Source: a virus | Taxonomy: Duplodnaviria > Caudoviricetes | Strand: one strand, 5' to 3' | IMG/VR virus record: IMGVR_UViG_3300017785_004829 | Span: 1 to 42,136 of that record | DNA: 42,136 bases | Notes under the pieces: generated by a model | Seen by the model: the letters and a program-made list of their open reading frames with translations, nothing else | Database searches by the model: none | What the model was told of the DNA's origin: nothing | Program-made: the position numbers and the translations under genes | In this document: in pieces, positions 17,952-26,424 of the stretch | Layout: each line of letters opens with the position of its first letter | How positions within the stretch are numbered: position 1 is the first letter of the stretch

Positions 17952-18389
17952 TCATGGTTCACCGTGTTTGCGAATATGCTCATCAATTTCTTTTTTTGTT
18001 GTAATTCGAGCCAACAAATCCAATTCATCGCTCTTGTACGTGGGATAGAATTCTGCCAGCTGTTTGCGTATAGCAGAATCTGATCCCTGCTTCTTCTTGG
18101 GTGAAATCCATTTGTGCCGATGCGTGCCTAGATCTGGACTCACAGCAGTGGCGCACAACCATTGCAATTTGGGATGACGATTGATGGCAAAAAAGTTTTT
18201 GTTGAGATAGTGATTACAACTCTGCAGATAGTATTCTTGTATCTCTTTTGATCCTTCTACAGAACTGCTCCAGCGAATCATGAGGTAGTTGGAAAACTTC
18301 TTACGCTCTTCGTCAGTTAGTTCTTCATAGAAACGGCGATTCTTTGTGTCCAATTGCCGCATTTCATTCTGTATTGTGAGTTTATCCAC
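17952..18389 (-). CDS. gp62: Clamp-loader small subunit-like protein (T4 gp62-like)
   Basis: FSNYLMIRWSS..CNHYLN..PKLQWL..HKWISPKKK pattern and size resemble gp62. Start refined to GTG 18389, overlapping the upstream stop. Confidence 0.6.
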   Translation of the reverse strand: MDKLTIQNEMRQLDTKNRRFYEELTDEERKKFSNYLMIRWSSSVEGSKEIQEYYLQSCNHYLNKNFFAINRHPKLQWLCATAVSPDLGTHRHKWISPKKKQGSDSAIRKQLAEFYPTYKSDELDLLARITTKKEIDEHIRKHGEP

Positions 18390-18609
18390 GTCGTAGTTTC
18401 TGTTGTACTTCGTCAATGTAATTTTTGAGTCTGCCAATTTCTCTATGCAATCTCAGTATTTCCCCATGCTGTATATTAACACGTTCCTCTAGCAGTTTGT
18501 ACTGATCTTGGCTGTGTTGAGTGACTTTCTTCATCGTTTCACTGACGCCGCCACGAACTTCTGGGCTGGTTGAGACAGTGCTGCGTGGTTGGGTGTATTG
18601 TGTGTTCAT
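18382..18609 (-). CDS. Small coiled-coil hypothetical protein
   Basis: 75 aa with an AGGAG SD and a heptad pattern in the C-half. Confidence 0.65.
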   Translation of the reverse strand: MNTQYTQPRSTVSTSPEVRGGVSETMKKVTQHSQDQYKLLEERVNIQHGEILRLHREIGRLKNYIDEVQQKLRRG

Positions 18610-18631
18610 TCAGACTCCTATTATAGGGTAC

Positions 18632-19132
18632 TTACCAGGCTTTGCGATAATCAACTATCTCACAGTTACGTGATATGTCTTTGACAAAGTACACACATTG
18701 AGGTTTTTCGCCGGTGGATATAGGCACTGTGAGCATTTGACCATTTTTAAGTTTGGGTGCATACCAAGTGACTTCATGATATACGTCAAGGATTTCTATG
18801 TCAGGGAAGCTGGGCCGAAAACTGCTGAGTGGGTTGAACTCAAAGGCCTTGAATCCACGATCATTGATTGATGTCAGTGGCAGCATTTCTAAATCACCCA
18901 AGTCAGGTTCTCCAATCAGTATTTGCCAATCTACTGGCATGCGCACAGAATGCTCACCTATGCGAAGAACCAATGCCGGGGCCACAAAGCTCTCTAAGAA
19001 TATCAAAGGAATATAGTGATAGTCAGTATTGGCTGGATCACTATTGTCTAAAATAGAAAAACGCATGTCATCAACTTCGTCGGGTAGATGATCTAGATCA
19101 TACGGAGTATTGTCAAGTGTTAGTATTTTCAT
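18632..19132 (-). CDS. Conserved-looking all-beta phage protein, possibly a degenerate Hint fold
   Basis: Start refined to ATG 19132, 6 nt after TGTTATAAT. The fold is a guess from the strand pattern only. Confidence 0.65.
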   Translation of the reverse strand: MKILTLDNTPYDLDHLPDEVDDMRFSILDNSDPANTDYHYIPLIFLESFVAPALVLRIGEHSVRMPVDWQILIGEPDLGDLEMLPLTSINDRGFKAFEFNPLSSFRPSFPDIEILDVYHEVTWYAPKLKNGQMLTVPISTGEKPQCVYFVKDISRNCEIVDYRKAW

Positions 19133-19138
19133 TCTATT

Positions 19139-19168
19139 ATTATAACAGATCTTTATGTAGGTTCGCAA
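19139..19168 (-). promoter_or_regulatory. sigma70-type promoter, leaderless
   Basis: TTGCGA-N18-TATAAT with a TG extension, 6 nt from the ATG. Confidence 0.65.
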
Positions 19169-20376
19169 CCATGCAAGTTTAATAGTTCTGCATACTCAGG
19201 AAAAGTCTTGGAAAAGCTTTCCTGCCTGTGCTGATCTAAGAACTTTGTCCACTGTTGAAATTCCACCCAACGTTGATTGTCCCCGGGCTGTTCCAGTGCA
19301 TTGGCAATGGGAGATAAATCATGTCTTGTGTATTGTCTAAGACGTTGGGCTATTTGCTTGCCCACAGCATCAGGTATGTTTGCAATGTCAAAGTGTTCGG
19401 GATACCAGGCTTTGATTAAAAACGGCGTGAGTTGATAGTGACTGTACAAATTGTCAATGAGTTCATCTAGATAAAAAACATTCATGCTGGTTACAGTGAT
19501 AACCGGCAGCAAGCTCATGTTTATAGGACCTGAGTCTCGTAAATTTACAAACCAATCAATGTTTTCACACACTGTGTCCCAACGTGCGGGATGTCTTAGA
19601 TATTCAAATTTCTCCGCCCAACCGTCAATGCTGAGATTCAAATTAAAATGATTGAAGTGACTCAAGGTGTCCACCAACTCCGGAGATATCCGGTTGGTGA
19701 TGTTTGTGCTGATGTTGATGTTGATGTTTTTTGCTAGATTCTTTTCAACTAACCGTGCCAGTAAATTTGGCAACTGTGGGTCAAGCAACGGCTCGCCACC
19801 GTAGAACTCAATGCGTTTTAAGTTGTCGGCTATTTTGATTATTTCATCAACTTGAATGTCACTCAGCGGAGGTATCTTTCCGGACCCTCGCAGCATTGGA
19901 TTGCTTTTGGGATTGTATATCTTTTGATATTTTTCACCTTCGGATCGCATGGTCACACTGTCTTGGCTGTTGCAACTACGACATCTAAGATTGCAAAGAT
20001 TGCTGACTTTGATTACCAATTGCATTGGCCCACGCTGATAGTTTTCAGGCTTGATCACATGCACAGGAGTTAGTTTGCTTTCTAATATCTCTGTAGTGGT
20101 GCCCTGAGGATCACTAGCAGGATCATACAGCATTGTACGTTCGCTTTTCATGCCCACAGATTCTTCTGCCCAACATCTCTGGCAGACTTCGTGTCGCTGA
20201 TCGTCAAGCATGTGCTGCCGAAACTCATCAAGAACTGTGCTATTCCACACTTCGGCTATGCTTTTATCAGGAAACTGCCAGGTACTACCGCCCAACGCCG
20301 GACAAGGGCTCACGTTCATTGCAGGATCAACGGTGATGTAACTAAAAGGTGCCAGGCAAAGATTTTTTGGTAACAT
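19153..20376 (-). CDS. Radical SAM protein with an N-terminal SPASM/twitch-like domain
   Basis: CNLRCRSC (CxxxCxxC) and YGGEPL. N-terminal CLAPF..VSPC..CQRC cysteines. Confidence 0.92.
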   Translation of the reverse strand: MLPKNLCLAPFSYITVDPAMNVSPCPALGGSTWQFPDKSIAEVWNSTVLDEFRQHMLDDQRHEVCQRCWAEESVGMKSERTMLYDPASDPQGTTTEILESKLTPVHVIKPENYQRGPMQLVIKVSNLCNLRCRSCNSQDSVTMRSEGEKYQKIYNPKSNPMLRGSGKIPPLSDIQVDEIIKIADNLKRIEFYGGEPLLDPQLPNLLARLVEKNLAKNININISTNITNRISPELVDTLSHFNHFNLNLSIDGWAEKFEYLRHPARWDTVCENIDWFVNLRDSGPINMSLLPVITVTSMNVFYLDELIDNLYSHYQLTPFLIKAWYPEHFDIANIPDAVGKQIAQRLRQYTRHDLSPIANALEQPGDNQRWVEFQQWTKFLDQHRQESFSKTFPEYAELLNLHGCEPT

Positions 20377-20379
20377 GCG

Positions 20380-21840
20380 CTAAATCCATTCCAGACGTTC
20401 TTGCGTAAATGGATAGTTGGCATCTTTGTAAAATGTCTTGCGTTTGGTAAGATGACGTTTGGCAAATCTGCAGGTGCTGGTGATATCCCAGATTTGAACA
20501 TGGTCTTTGTCTTGGGCTTTGCGGATGCCGCGACCTATGCTCTGAATAACTCGAACAAAGCTCTTGCCAGGCTCAACAAGAACAAGATTAAAAATACGGG
20601 GAATATTAATGCCAACAGCGGCCACGCCATAGGTTGCAACGATAATTTTGTCTGTTGCCTCTGCCACTTGGTCATATTCATCCTGTCGGTCTTTTGCTTT
20701 GGTTGCACCTGACACAAACACAGCACGGTCGCCCAATCGTTGAACCAGTGCCTGCCCAGCTGCCACACGATCCACCAGCACCAGAGTATTGCCGGTTGTA
20801 TTGACTTGTTGAATCAGTCGAGTCATGGCATCTAATCTGCCCGGCTCTTCCAACAAGTATTTAAGCTCGCTTTGATAGTTGGTGTGTTCTTGATGATCAA
20901 CCAATTGCACTATGTTGACATGGCACTGCGCCAGCACACCGCGGTCTTGTAGCTCACTTGCTGCCAGACGACTGATCACTGGACCAAGACTCACCAACAG
21001 GGCCTGACTTTCAAACAGTTCTTTGGGAATAGTTCCAGTGAGTCCCCAGCGCAAGGGTATGTGTGCGAATACTCCAGTCAATAGGGTTTTTAGTGCATCG
21101 GCTTTGGCCATGTGTACCTCATCAACAATCACACACACCACTCCCTCAATGAACTCACCAATGGTGATGTCAGCTTCGCCTGACTTTGTGTTCTTCAGCA
21201 AATTGTTGAGACTTTGCCAGGTACATATGGTGTGTTGACGGCCAAATTCTTTGCGGTCACCAAAGTACACACCCACATCCAGGCCCATGTTGACATAGTC
21301 CTTTTCAGTCTGAGTCACAAGACTCTTGTTGGGTACAATCACAATACTGCGACCATATGCCGTGACAGCATCGCTCAATGCGGCTGTCATAATTGTTTTG
21401 CCTGCGCCAGTGGCAACTTCTTGTAGGCACTGTGGATTCGACAAAAAGTCATTGACTACCTGCACCTGATAGTCACGCAGTTCCATGCACTGTCCAGCCT
21501 GCGGATGCCCAACAGGCCATTTGATGTGTTGATAGGAATCTTTATTGACAGGAGCGAAATCAAATGTAGTTTTATACTCGCGTTGATCGTCAAGCTCGAT
21601 GTCATAATGATATTCTTCCAGCACAGGGATGATGTCAGGCAACAGATTCAAATAGGTACTGCCGCCAAGTTGGAAGTAGGCCACTTTACCGTCCCAACGT
21701 CCCAGTCTCACCGCTGGCAAGTAACGTGCATAAGGAACATCGTATTTGAATTTATTGACCAGTGCGCGACGAACGTCAAGCTCAAGCCCTTCAATCTTCA
21801 CATTTACTTCATCACGTATTATTAATCGGGCTTGAGGCAC
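20380..21840 (-). CDS. uvsW: SF2 DNA helicase UvsW
   Basis: LRDYQ, ATGAGKT, VDEVH, GLTGT and QSIGRGIR motifs, with a UvsW-type N-terminal domain. Confidence 0.92.
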   Translation of the reverse strand: MPQARLIIRDEVNVKIEGLELDVRRALVNKFKYDVPYARYLPAVRLGRWDGKVAYFQLGGSTYLNLLPDIIPVLEEYHYDIELDDQREYKTTFDFAPVNKDSYQHIKWPVGHPQAGQCMELRDYQVQVVNDFLSNPQCLQEVATGAGKTIMTAALSDAVTAYGRSIVIVPNKSLVTQTEKDYVNMGLDVGVYFGDRKEFGRQHTICTWQSLNNLLKNTKSGEADITIGEFIEGVVCVIVDEVHMAKADALKTLLTGVFAHIPLRWGLTGTIPKELFESQALLVSLGPVISRLAASELQDRGVLAQCHVNIVQLVDHQEHTNYQSELKYLLEEPGRLDAMTRLIQQVNTTGNTLVLVDRVAAGQALVQRLGDRAVFVSGATKAKDRQDEYDQVAEATDKIIVATYGVAAVGINIPRIFNLVLVEPGKSFVRVIQSIGRGIRKAQDKDHVQIWDITSTCRFAKRHLTKRKTFYKDANYPFTQERLEWI

Positions 21841-22583
21841 ATTTTTTTCCGTAAAAATTCTGCAAATATTTTTTGACTTTTCAATGCAGGGTGTTTGTCA
21901 TAAACACTATGAGTGTCAACTTTTAACTGGTCAAGGGACTCATACAAGTTCAACCAAATGTTAGGACACACTCCGCCAGCCTGTTGATAGTGTTGGTGTA
22001 TATGGTGATACAGATCAATGATTTCAACGTCATCTCTTAGATCAGACTGCAACAGTGTTTTGGTGTAGTGATCCAATTGCGGCACAGTGATGTTGGCATC
22101 GTATTCAAAATAGTTGTTGCTCCATGGCAACAAAGAATTCACAAAGCTAATTTTGGCGCCGGCAAGTTCTGCTAGAATATTTACATAATAAATTAGATCT
22201 AAAATGTCCCAGTGATCATTGTGAATCTTTCTCAGTTGATTTCCGAGTTCTTCTTGCCAATGTCTTGTGATAGTTTGCCCCCCAACAATATGAATATCGC
22301 GTTCTGAGGTGAGTTTGGTATCTGTAGGGTATAGTTCTAATCCTGCTCTAAAATGATACCTTGGTATCGCGGTCCAGGCCACAATGACATGGTCCCAAGT
22401 TTGTTGCCGCAATGCCTGCGCTGTATGTAAAAATATCCAGTGGTTGTTGACTCCGTGCTGTGCTAGATTTGTCACTTGGGCTTGTTCAAAAAGTTGGTTA
22501 CACCAAAGATCATCACAGGCTTTTTCGCCCGACAGCTTCCATCCAGCAGCATAGCTGCACCCATTGACAAGAACTTGTTTCAT
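21822..22583 (-). CDS. SGNH/GDSL hydrolase-like protein (possible acetyl-esterase or transferase)
   Basis: VNGCSYAAG (block I), NLAQHGVNN (block II) and C-terminal DKHP (block V). Start refined to ATG 22583. Confidence 0.7.
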   Translation of the reverse strand: MKQVLVNGCSYAAGWKLSGEKACDDLWCNQLFEQAQVTNLAQHGVNNHWIFLHTAQALRQQTWDHVIVAWTAIPRYHFRAGLELYPTDTKLTSERDIHIVGGQTITRHWQEELGNQLRKIHNDHWDILDLIYYVNILAELAGAKISFVNSLLPWSNNYFEYDANITVPQLDHYTKTLLQSDLRDDVEIIDLYHHIHQHYQQAGGVCPNIWLNLYESLDQLKVDTHSVYDKHPALKSQKIFAEFLRKKMCLKPD

Positions 22584-22589
22584 AGTGTA

Positions 22590-22619
22590 ATTATAGCAAA
22601 GTCCAGGCCAAGAAGTCAA
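22590..22619 (-). promoter_or_regulatory. sigma70-type promoter, leaderless
   Basis: TTGACT-N18-TATAAT with a TG extension, 6 nt from ATG 22583. Confidence 0.75.
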
Positions 22620-22648
22620 AAAAATAGGTGCCGTTTTACAGACACCTT
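22618..22648 (-). terminator. Probable intrinsic terminator after the ATPase gene
   Basis: Minus strand AGGTGTC...GGCACCT stem followed by ATTTTTTT. Confidence 0.6.
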
Positions 22649-22651
22649 AAA

Positions 22652-22672
22652 GAACTGTTGACTCAACAGTTC
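22652..22672. repeat. Perfect inverted repeat with 10-bp arms
   Basis: GAACTGTTGA-C-TCAACAGTTC. Confidence 0.8.
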
Positions 22673-22682
22673 GGAGCTATCA

Positions 22683-23702
22683 TTAAATGTGACGCATCAC
22701 AGTGTTCTCGGCCAGGAGCTGCCAGTTGGGACTGACCTTGCGTAAATCCGCAATCTTCAGTGCCATACGCAGGCTCATCTCACGCAGACGATTCTTGTTA
22801 TCGTCCATGAACTGTAAGATCTCTTCGCCTTGTTCGGGAGTCAAATCGTAGTCCTGGAACAAGTCGCCTTTGCGGAAGATCTGCTTGATACGCAGGAACT
22901 TGTCACGCATGGTATTGAGCGTAAGGTCAATAAAGTGACAGCGTGATTGCAAAGCTTCCAAGTGGTCTTGCAACTTCTTGGATTTGAGATTGTCAAACTT
23001 CAAGTTAGTGATGAAGATCACTGAACCTTTGAAGTCAAAGTTGTCTGGCACGCCTTCACGCCGCAACATGCTGGAATCTGAGTTCCAGTAAATTCTACGT
23101 TTCTTGCCTGAATCCAGGGCTGCTTTGAGCACGTTCAGCGCAATGTCGTCTAGAAGAATTGAGTCACAGTCGTCAAACACCAAAACGTTCTTGGGGTCTG
23201 AGTATTTGTACAGGGTGCAATACAATCCAATGGGAGTCATTGCACCTTTGATAACTTCGTAACGCATCTTCTTGCCTGAGATCTTGTCAAAGATGCCGGC
23301 TTTCTCCAGCTGGTACTCAACACCGTAGCTCTTGCCCACACCCGGTGGACCCACAACAATCATTGCACGAACATCACCACTGATAGTGGCTTTGGTCATG
23401 TCGTCAAGAATGTTGAAACGAGTTTCAATTCGTTCCATAATTTCTTCGTCAGTCTCGTGCGACACAGTCTTGGGCATTTCAATAGTATTCTTCAACACTA
23501 GCTCTCCTGATGTATATTCAATATCTGAAATATTATTAACACGGATCCTGACAACATCAAAGTCAGGACCAAACTTACCATCTGATCTTACAGTAACAAA
23601 TCCGCCTTTACTGCCAGTTCTAAAACCTTTTATCAATTCAAAAGTTGCATTTTTTACAACTTGGTTGCGATACACGCCACTACGAACAAGAATTGTTGAC
23701 AT
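22683..23702 (-). CDS. AAA+-type P-loop ATPase with a small N-terminal beta domain
   Basis: Walker A GPPGVGKS, Walker B VLVFDDCD, sensor IFITN and Arg-finger ALQSRC. Start refined to ATG 23702 (AAGGAG SD). Confidence 0.85.
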   Translation of the reverse strand: MSTILVRSGVYRNQVVKNATFELIKGFRTGSKGGFVTVRSDGKFGPDFDVVRIRVNNISDIEYTSGELVLKNTIEMPKTVSHETDEEIMERIETRFNILDDMTKATISGDVRAMIVVGPPGVGKSYGVEYQLEKAGIFDKISGKKMRYEVIKGAMTPIGLYCTLYKYSDPKNVLVFDDCDSILLDDIALNVLKAALDSGKKRRIYWNSDSSMLRREGVPDNFDFKGSVIFITNLKFDNLKSKKLQDHLEALQSRCHFIDLTLNTMRDKFLRIKQIFRKGDLFQDYDLTPEQGEEILQFMDDNKNRLREMSLRMALKIADLRKVSPNWQLLAENTVMRHI

Positions 23703-23732
23703 ATTAGCTCCTTGTTGTTTTACTGTACCCAT

Positions 23733-23761
23733 ATTATATAACGGGTACAAATAATGGTCAA
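23733..23761 (-). promoter_or_regulatory. sigma70-type early promoter for the ATPase
   Basis: TTGACC-N17-TATAAT. Confidence 0.8.
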
Positions 23762-24036
23762 GAAGTTGATTCAACTGTGTCAGCGGGTGCAGATGCGCGA
23801 CCCGTTTTGATAATATCAAAAAGTTTATATTTCAACAACACAGGGTCAAGTACGGCAGATCTCCAGTGGCCAAATGCTTCGGTGTGCCGTTGCACAAATC
23901 GCAACATGTCGTCGCGAAACCACAGTGGGTTTACAACAGAAATTATAAAAAGTGCAAGAAAATAGGGCAGCACCGGCAAAGTCACCGCCCAGAACATTAT
24001 GAGAAATTTAACACGATCAACTGGTTTGACTTGCAT
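23758..24036 (-). CDS. Small membrane protein
   Basis: Long hydrophobic stretch FLIMFWAVTLPVLPYFLALFIISVV and an AGGAG SD. Confidence 0.7.
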   Translation of the reverse strand: MQVKPVDRVKFLIMFWAVTLPVLPYFLALFIISVVNPLWFRDDMLRFVQRHTEAFGHWRSAVLDPVLLKYKLFDIIKTGRASAPADTVESTS

Positions 24037-24057
24037 AACTGCTCCTATATTTCAGCT

Positions 24058-24086
24058 ATAATAAAGCATTGCTGATTTAAAGTCAA
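24058..24086 (-). promoter_or_regulatory. sigma70-type early promoter
   Basis: TTGACT-N17-TATTAT upstream of the 92-aa membrane protein. Confidence 0.7.
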
Positions 24087-24119
24087 CCCAGTGCTGGCGG
24101 AATTGGTGTTATTGTGTCG

Positions 24120-24659
24120 TTAATTTGGAGCAGTGGGATTTGGATTAGTGGGGCTTAGATCAGTGCCCAAATAGAAAAATTTATAGGTCCATGTCAGGGT
24201 ATTGCCGGATTTTATTGGATACTTCCACGCACCAGATAGATTTTCGGTAGCACTGTAGTAATCTGTCCACTCAGTTCCGTTTAAAGATACAGGATTTTTT
24301 GCCTGTTGCTGAAGTTTGATGTACGGCTCAGACCACGTTGTGTCAGCAGTCCCGTAGTCTCCTAGGTTTGGGCGAGGCCATTCAACTTGGAAATCTTCAA
24401 GTACAACACCACACAATGAATCGCCGCCAGAAACTGCAACACTAGCCACCATTTCACGCGGTACCTCTGGGGGATCTTCTTGCCAGACCCATGTGGCCAA
24501 AATTTGGCTGGCGTCTGTGAAGCTGCCGGGCACAGTAGTTGGATGTGTTGTTGCTACAGCACCGGTATACACCACTTGACCGTCCATGGTAATTGTGACT
24601 GTCAATGGATCAGCATCGCTGTAAGCCAGTCCAAGCAAACAAAAGTTAAAATTTATCAT
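24120..24659 (-). CDS. Hypothetical beta-rich late protein, possibly virion-associated
   Basis: 179 aa, T/P-rich, with a GGAG SD. TAAATA at 24676-24681 is formed from the upstream stop codon. Confidence 0.65.
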   Translation of the reverse strand: MINFNFCLLGLAYSDADPLTVTITMDGQVVYTGAVATTHPTTVPGSFTDASQILATWVWQEDPPEVPREMVASVAVSGGDSLCGVVLEDFQVEWPRPNLGDYGTADTTWSEPYIKLQQQAKNPVSLNGTEWTDYYSATENLSGAWKYPIKSGNTLTWTYKFFYLGTDLSPTNPNPTAPN

Positions 24660-24678
24660 AATTTTCTCCCAACACTAT

Positions 24679-25563
24679 TTACCTCCAAAAGTTTTGTATC
24701 ACAGGATCGTCAACTTCGTGTGGTTTTGGGGAACCATGAAAAATCAAGATACTTGTGATATTGGTAAATCTAGTACCGGTGCCTGGCGACAAATACAGTC
24801 GGTTTTTAAAGTTTACACCGCCATCTTTGGCTTGCCAACGCCAGCTGATGGCGTTGTTTGGAGGAAAATACCGCAGCAATCTCTTGTCCACTACTTCGCT
24901 TACAAAATCTTGATCACCTTGAAATTTTTGTATAGTATGAGTTAAATCTCTAGTTTTAAAGTCTTGCCAGATGTATGAAAACGCCTGAGTATCAAACCAC
25001 ATCACTGAACTGTTGATCCCTGTGTGGCTGGCTCGCCACATGCTTCTAAAGTCCTTGGGAGCCCAGAAAAATTTTGGGTGCAGTAACGGGATCCAGTCCA
25101 ACGATCCCACTATCACAATATCAAGATCAAAATACAACAGTGACCCTTTGAATAAGTCAGAATTAAACAACTGCATTTTGTACCACCAACTTTTCCTTGG
25201 ACCCGACACCCCGGGCCATTCTTCAAGAACATGTTTGATCATGTGCGGTGGCACCTCTCTGCTGGCTTCAGTGTACACATGAAATCTCACTGGACGAGTT
25301 ATATTTCTCATCACCATGCTGTACAATCGTTCAACATAGTTCCATGAGTATCCGGTACCGTGAATCAAACACACCACATTCACTGGGCCATCTAGATCAA
25401 TTTTGGCAGGTTCAATTTGCGCAGCAAGTTTGCGTTCGTTGGCTATGATAGTTTTTTCTAGCCGACGTGCGTCTTTTTCTCGAGCTCTACGCTGACGCTC
25501 TTCGATGTTTTCTTTGACTCGTTGCTGCTCGGCTCTTAGTTGTCTTTTTTCTTCTTTGCTCAT
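24679..25563 (-). CDS. GT-A (GT8-like) glycosyltransferase with a charged N-terminal helix
   Basis: WWYKMQLF, LLYFDLD (DxD), INSSVM, GDQDF and FHGSPKPHE motifs. Confidence 0.8.
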   Translation of the reverse strand: MSKEEKRQLRAEQQRVKENIEERQRRAREKDARRLEKTIIANERKLAAQIEPAKIDLDGPVNVVCLIHGTGYSWNYVERLYSMVMRNITRPVRFHVYTEASREVPPHMIKHVLEEWPGVSGPRKSWWYKMQLFNSDLFKGSLLYFDLDIVIVGSLDWIPLLHPKFFWAPKDFRSMWRASHTGINSSVMWFDTQAFSYIWQDFKTRDLTHTIQKFQGDQDFVSEVVDKRLLRYFPPNNAISWRWQAKDGGVNFKNRLYLSPGTGTRFTNITSILIFHGSPKPHEVDDPVIQNFWR

Positions 25564-25564
25564 A

Positions 25565-26413
25565 TTATGTCAATGCTGGTTTTAGTCTTGGATACCATAT
25601 GGCTTGTTCTAATTCAGTTACCGAATACTCAGTGTGTGATACTTCAATCAACCATTGTTCACGATCAACTGTGTAAGGTTGCTCCAGAGCTGCCATGCCA
25701 AAACTCACCGGAAATGCCAGACTGGAATTGTCAACCACTGGGCGTGTTCCTGCGATTGCAGCTTGAATCCCAGGACCTGAATTGTGATTGACCACAGCAT
25801 GATAGCCAAGGTCAAAATCAAAACTATCATATGTATTGATTAGTTTTTTGGGAGTTTGAATTTGGAGTCTAGACTCCAGCAGGCCTGGGTTGAGCTGACT
25901 TCTTGGATGCGGCCTAACAATCAACGGTCTATCAGTGTACTGACGTAATTTTTTAACTTGTTCGTTGACCCAGGCTTCGGCAGTTGTCCAACCTGTCATT
26001 TGTAGACTATGGGCATGTTGGCTACAGATTAAAATTTCGGGCCTAGCACTGGCAGGTGATTTTAAGTGTAATCCAAAATGCCGAGGTCTGTCAGGATCTA
26101 AGTTTTCCCGATGTCCGTGATATCCTGCTGCAGTGACATGGTTTACAGTAACCTTCCAGGTAACACCACGATTCAACGCCCCAATATCAATCACAATCAC
26201 AGGCTTGCCTTGTTTCCTGTAGTGTTCGTAGACTTTTTGATTGTCACGCATACGCCCAAACCATAGCACTGACCAAATCACTGCTACGTCAGCTGTCATT
26301 GAATTTGGCACAATGTCGTATCCCGCCCGTTGGGCTCCGGCAAGAAACGCTCGCATTACGTCGGGCGAATTCAACGCACATTGATTTTCAAACCATGTAA
26401 GAGTTTTAGTCAC
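25565..26413 (-). CDS. KpsS/KpsC-like (capsule synthesis) GT-B protein, paralog A
   Basis: VIDIG, IVRPHP and AVVNHNSGPGIQAAIAG motifs, plus the W(L)..VSHTEYS..E tail shared with the paralogs. Confidence 0.7.
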   Translation of the reverse strand: MTKTLTWFENQCALNSPDVMRAFLAGAQRAGYDIVPNSMTADVAVIWSVLWFGRMRDNQKVYEHYRKQGKPVIVIDIGALNRGVTWKVTVNHVTAAGYHGHRENLDPDRPRHFGLHLKSPASARPEILICSQHAHSLQMTGWTTAEAWVNEQVKKLRQYTDRPLIVRPHPRSQLNPGLLESRLQIQTPKKLINTYDSFDFDLGYHAVVNHNSGPGIQAAIAGTRPVVDNSSLAFPVSFGMAALEQPYTVDREQWLIEVSHTEYSVTELEQAIWYPRLKPALT

Positions 26414-26419
26414 TAAATA
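26414..26419 (+). promoter_or_regulatory. Late promoter TAAATA heading the plus-strand glycan operon
   Basis: TAAATA sits in the 11-nt gap between divergent genes, 5 nt before GTG 26425. Confidence 0.6.
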
Positions 26420-26424
26420 ATTCC

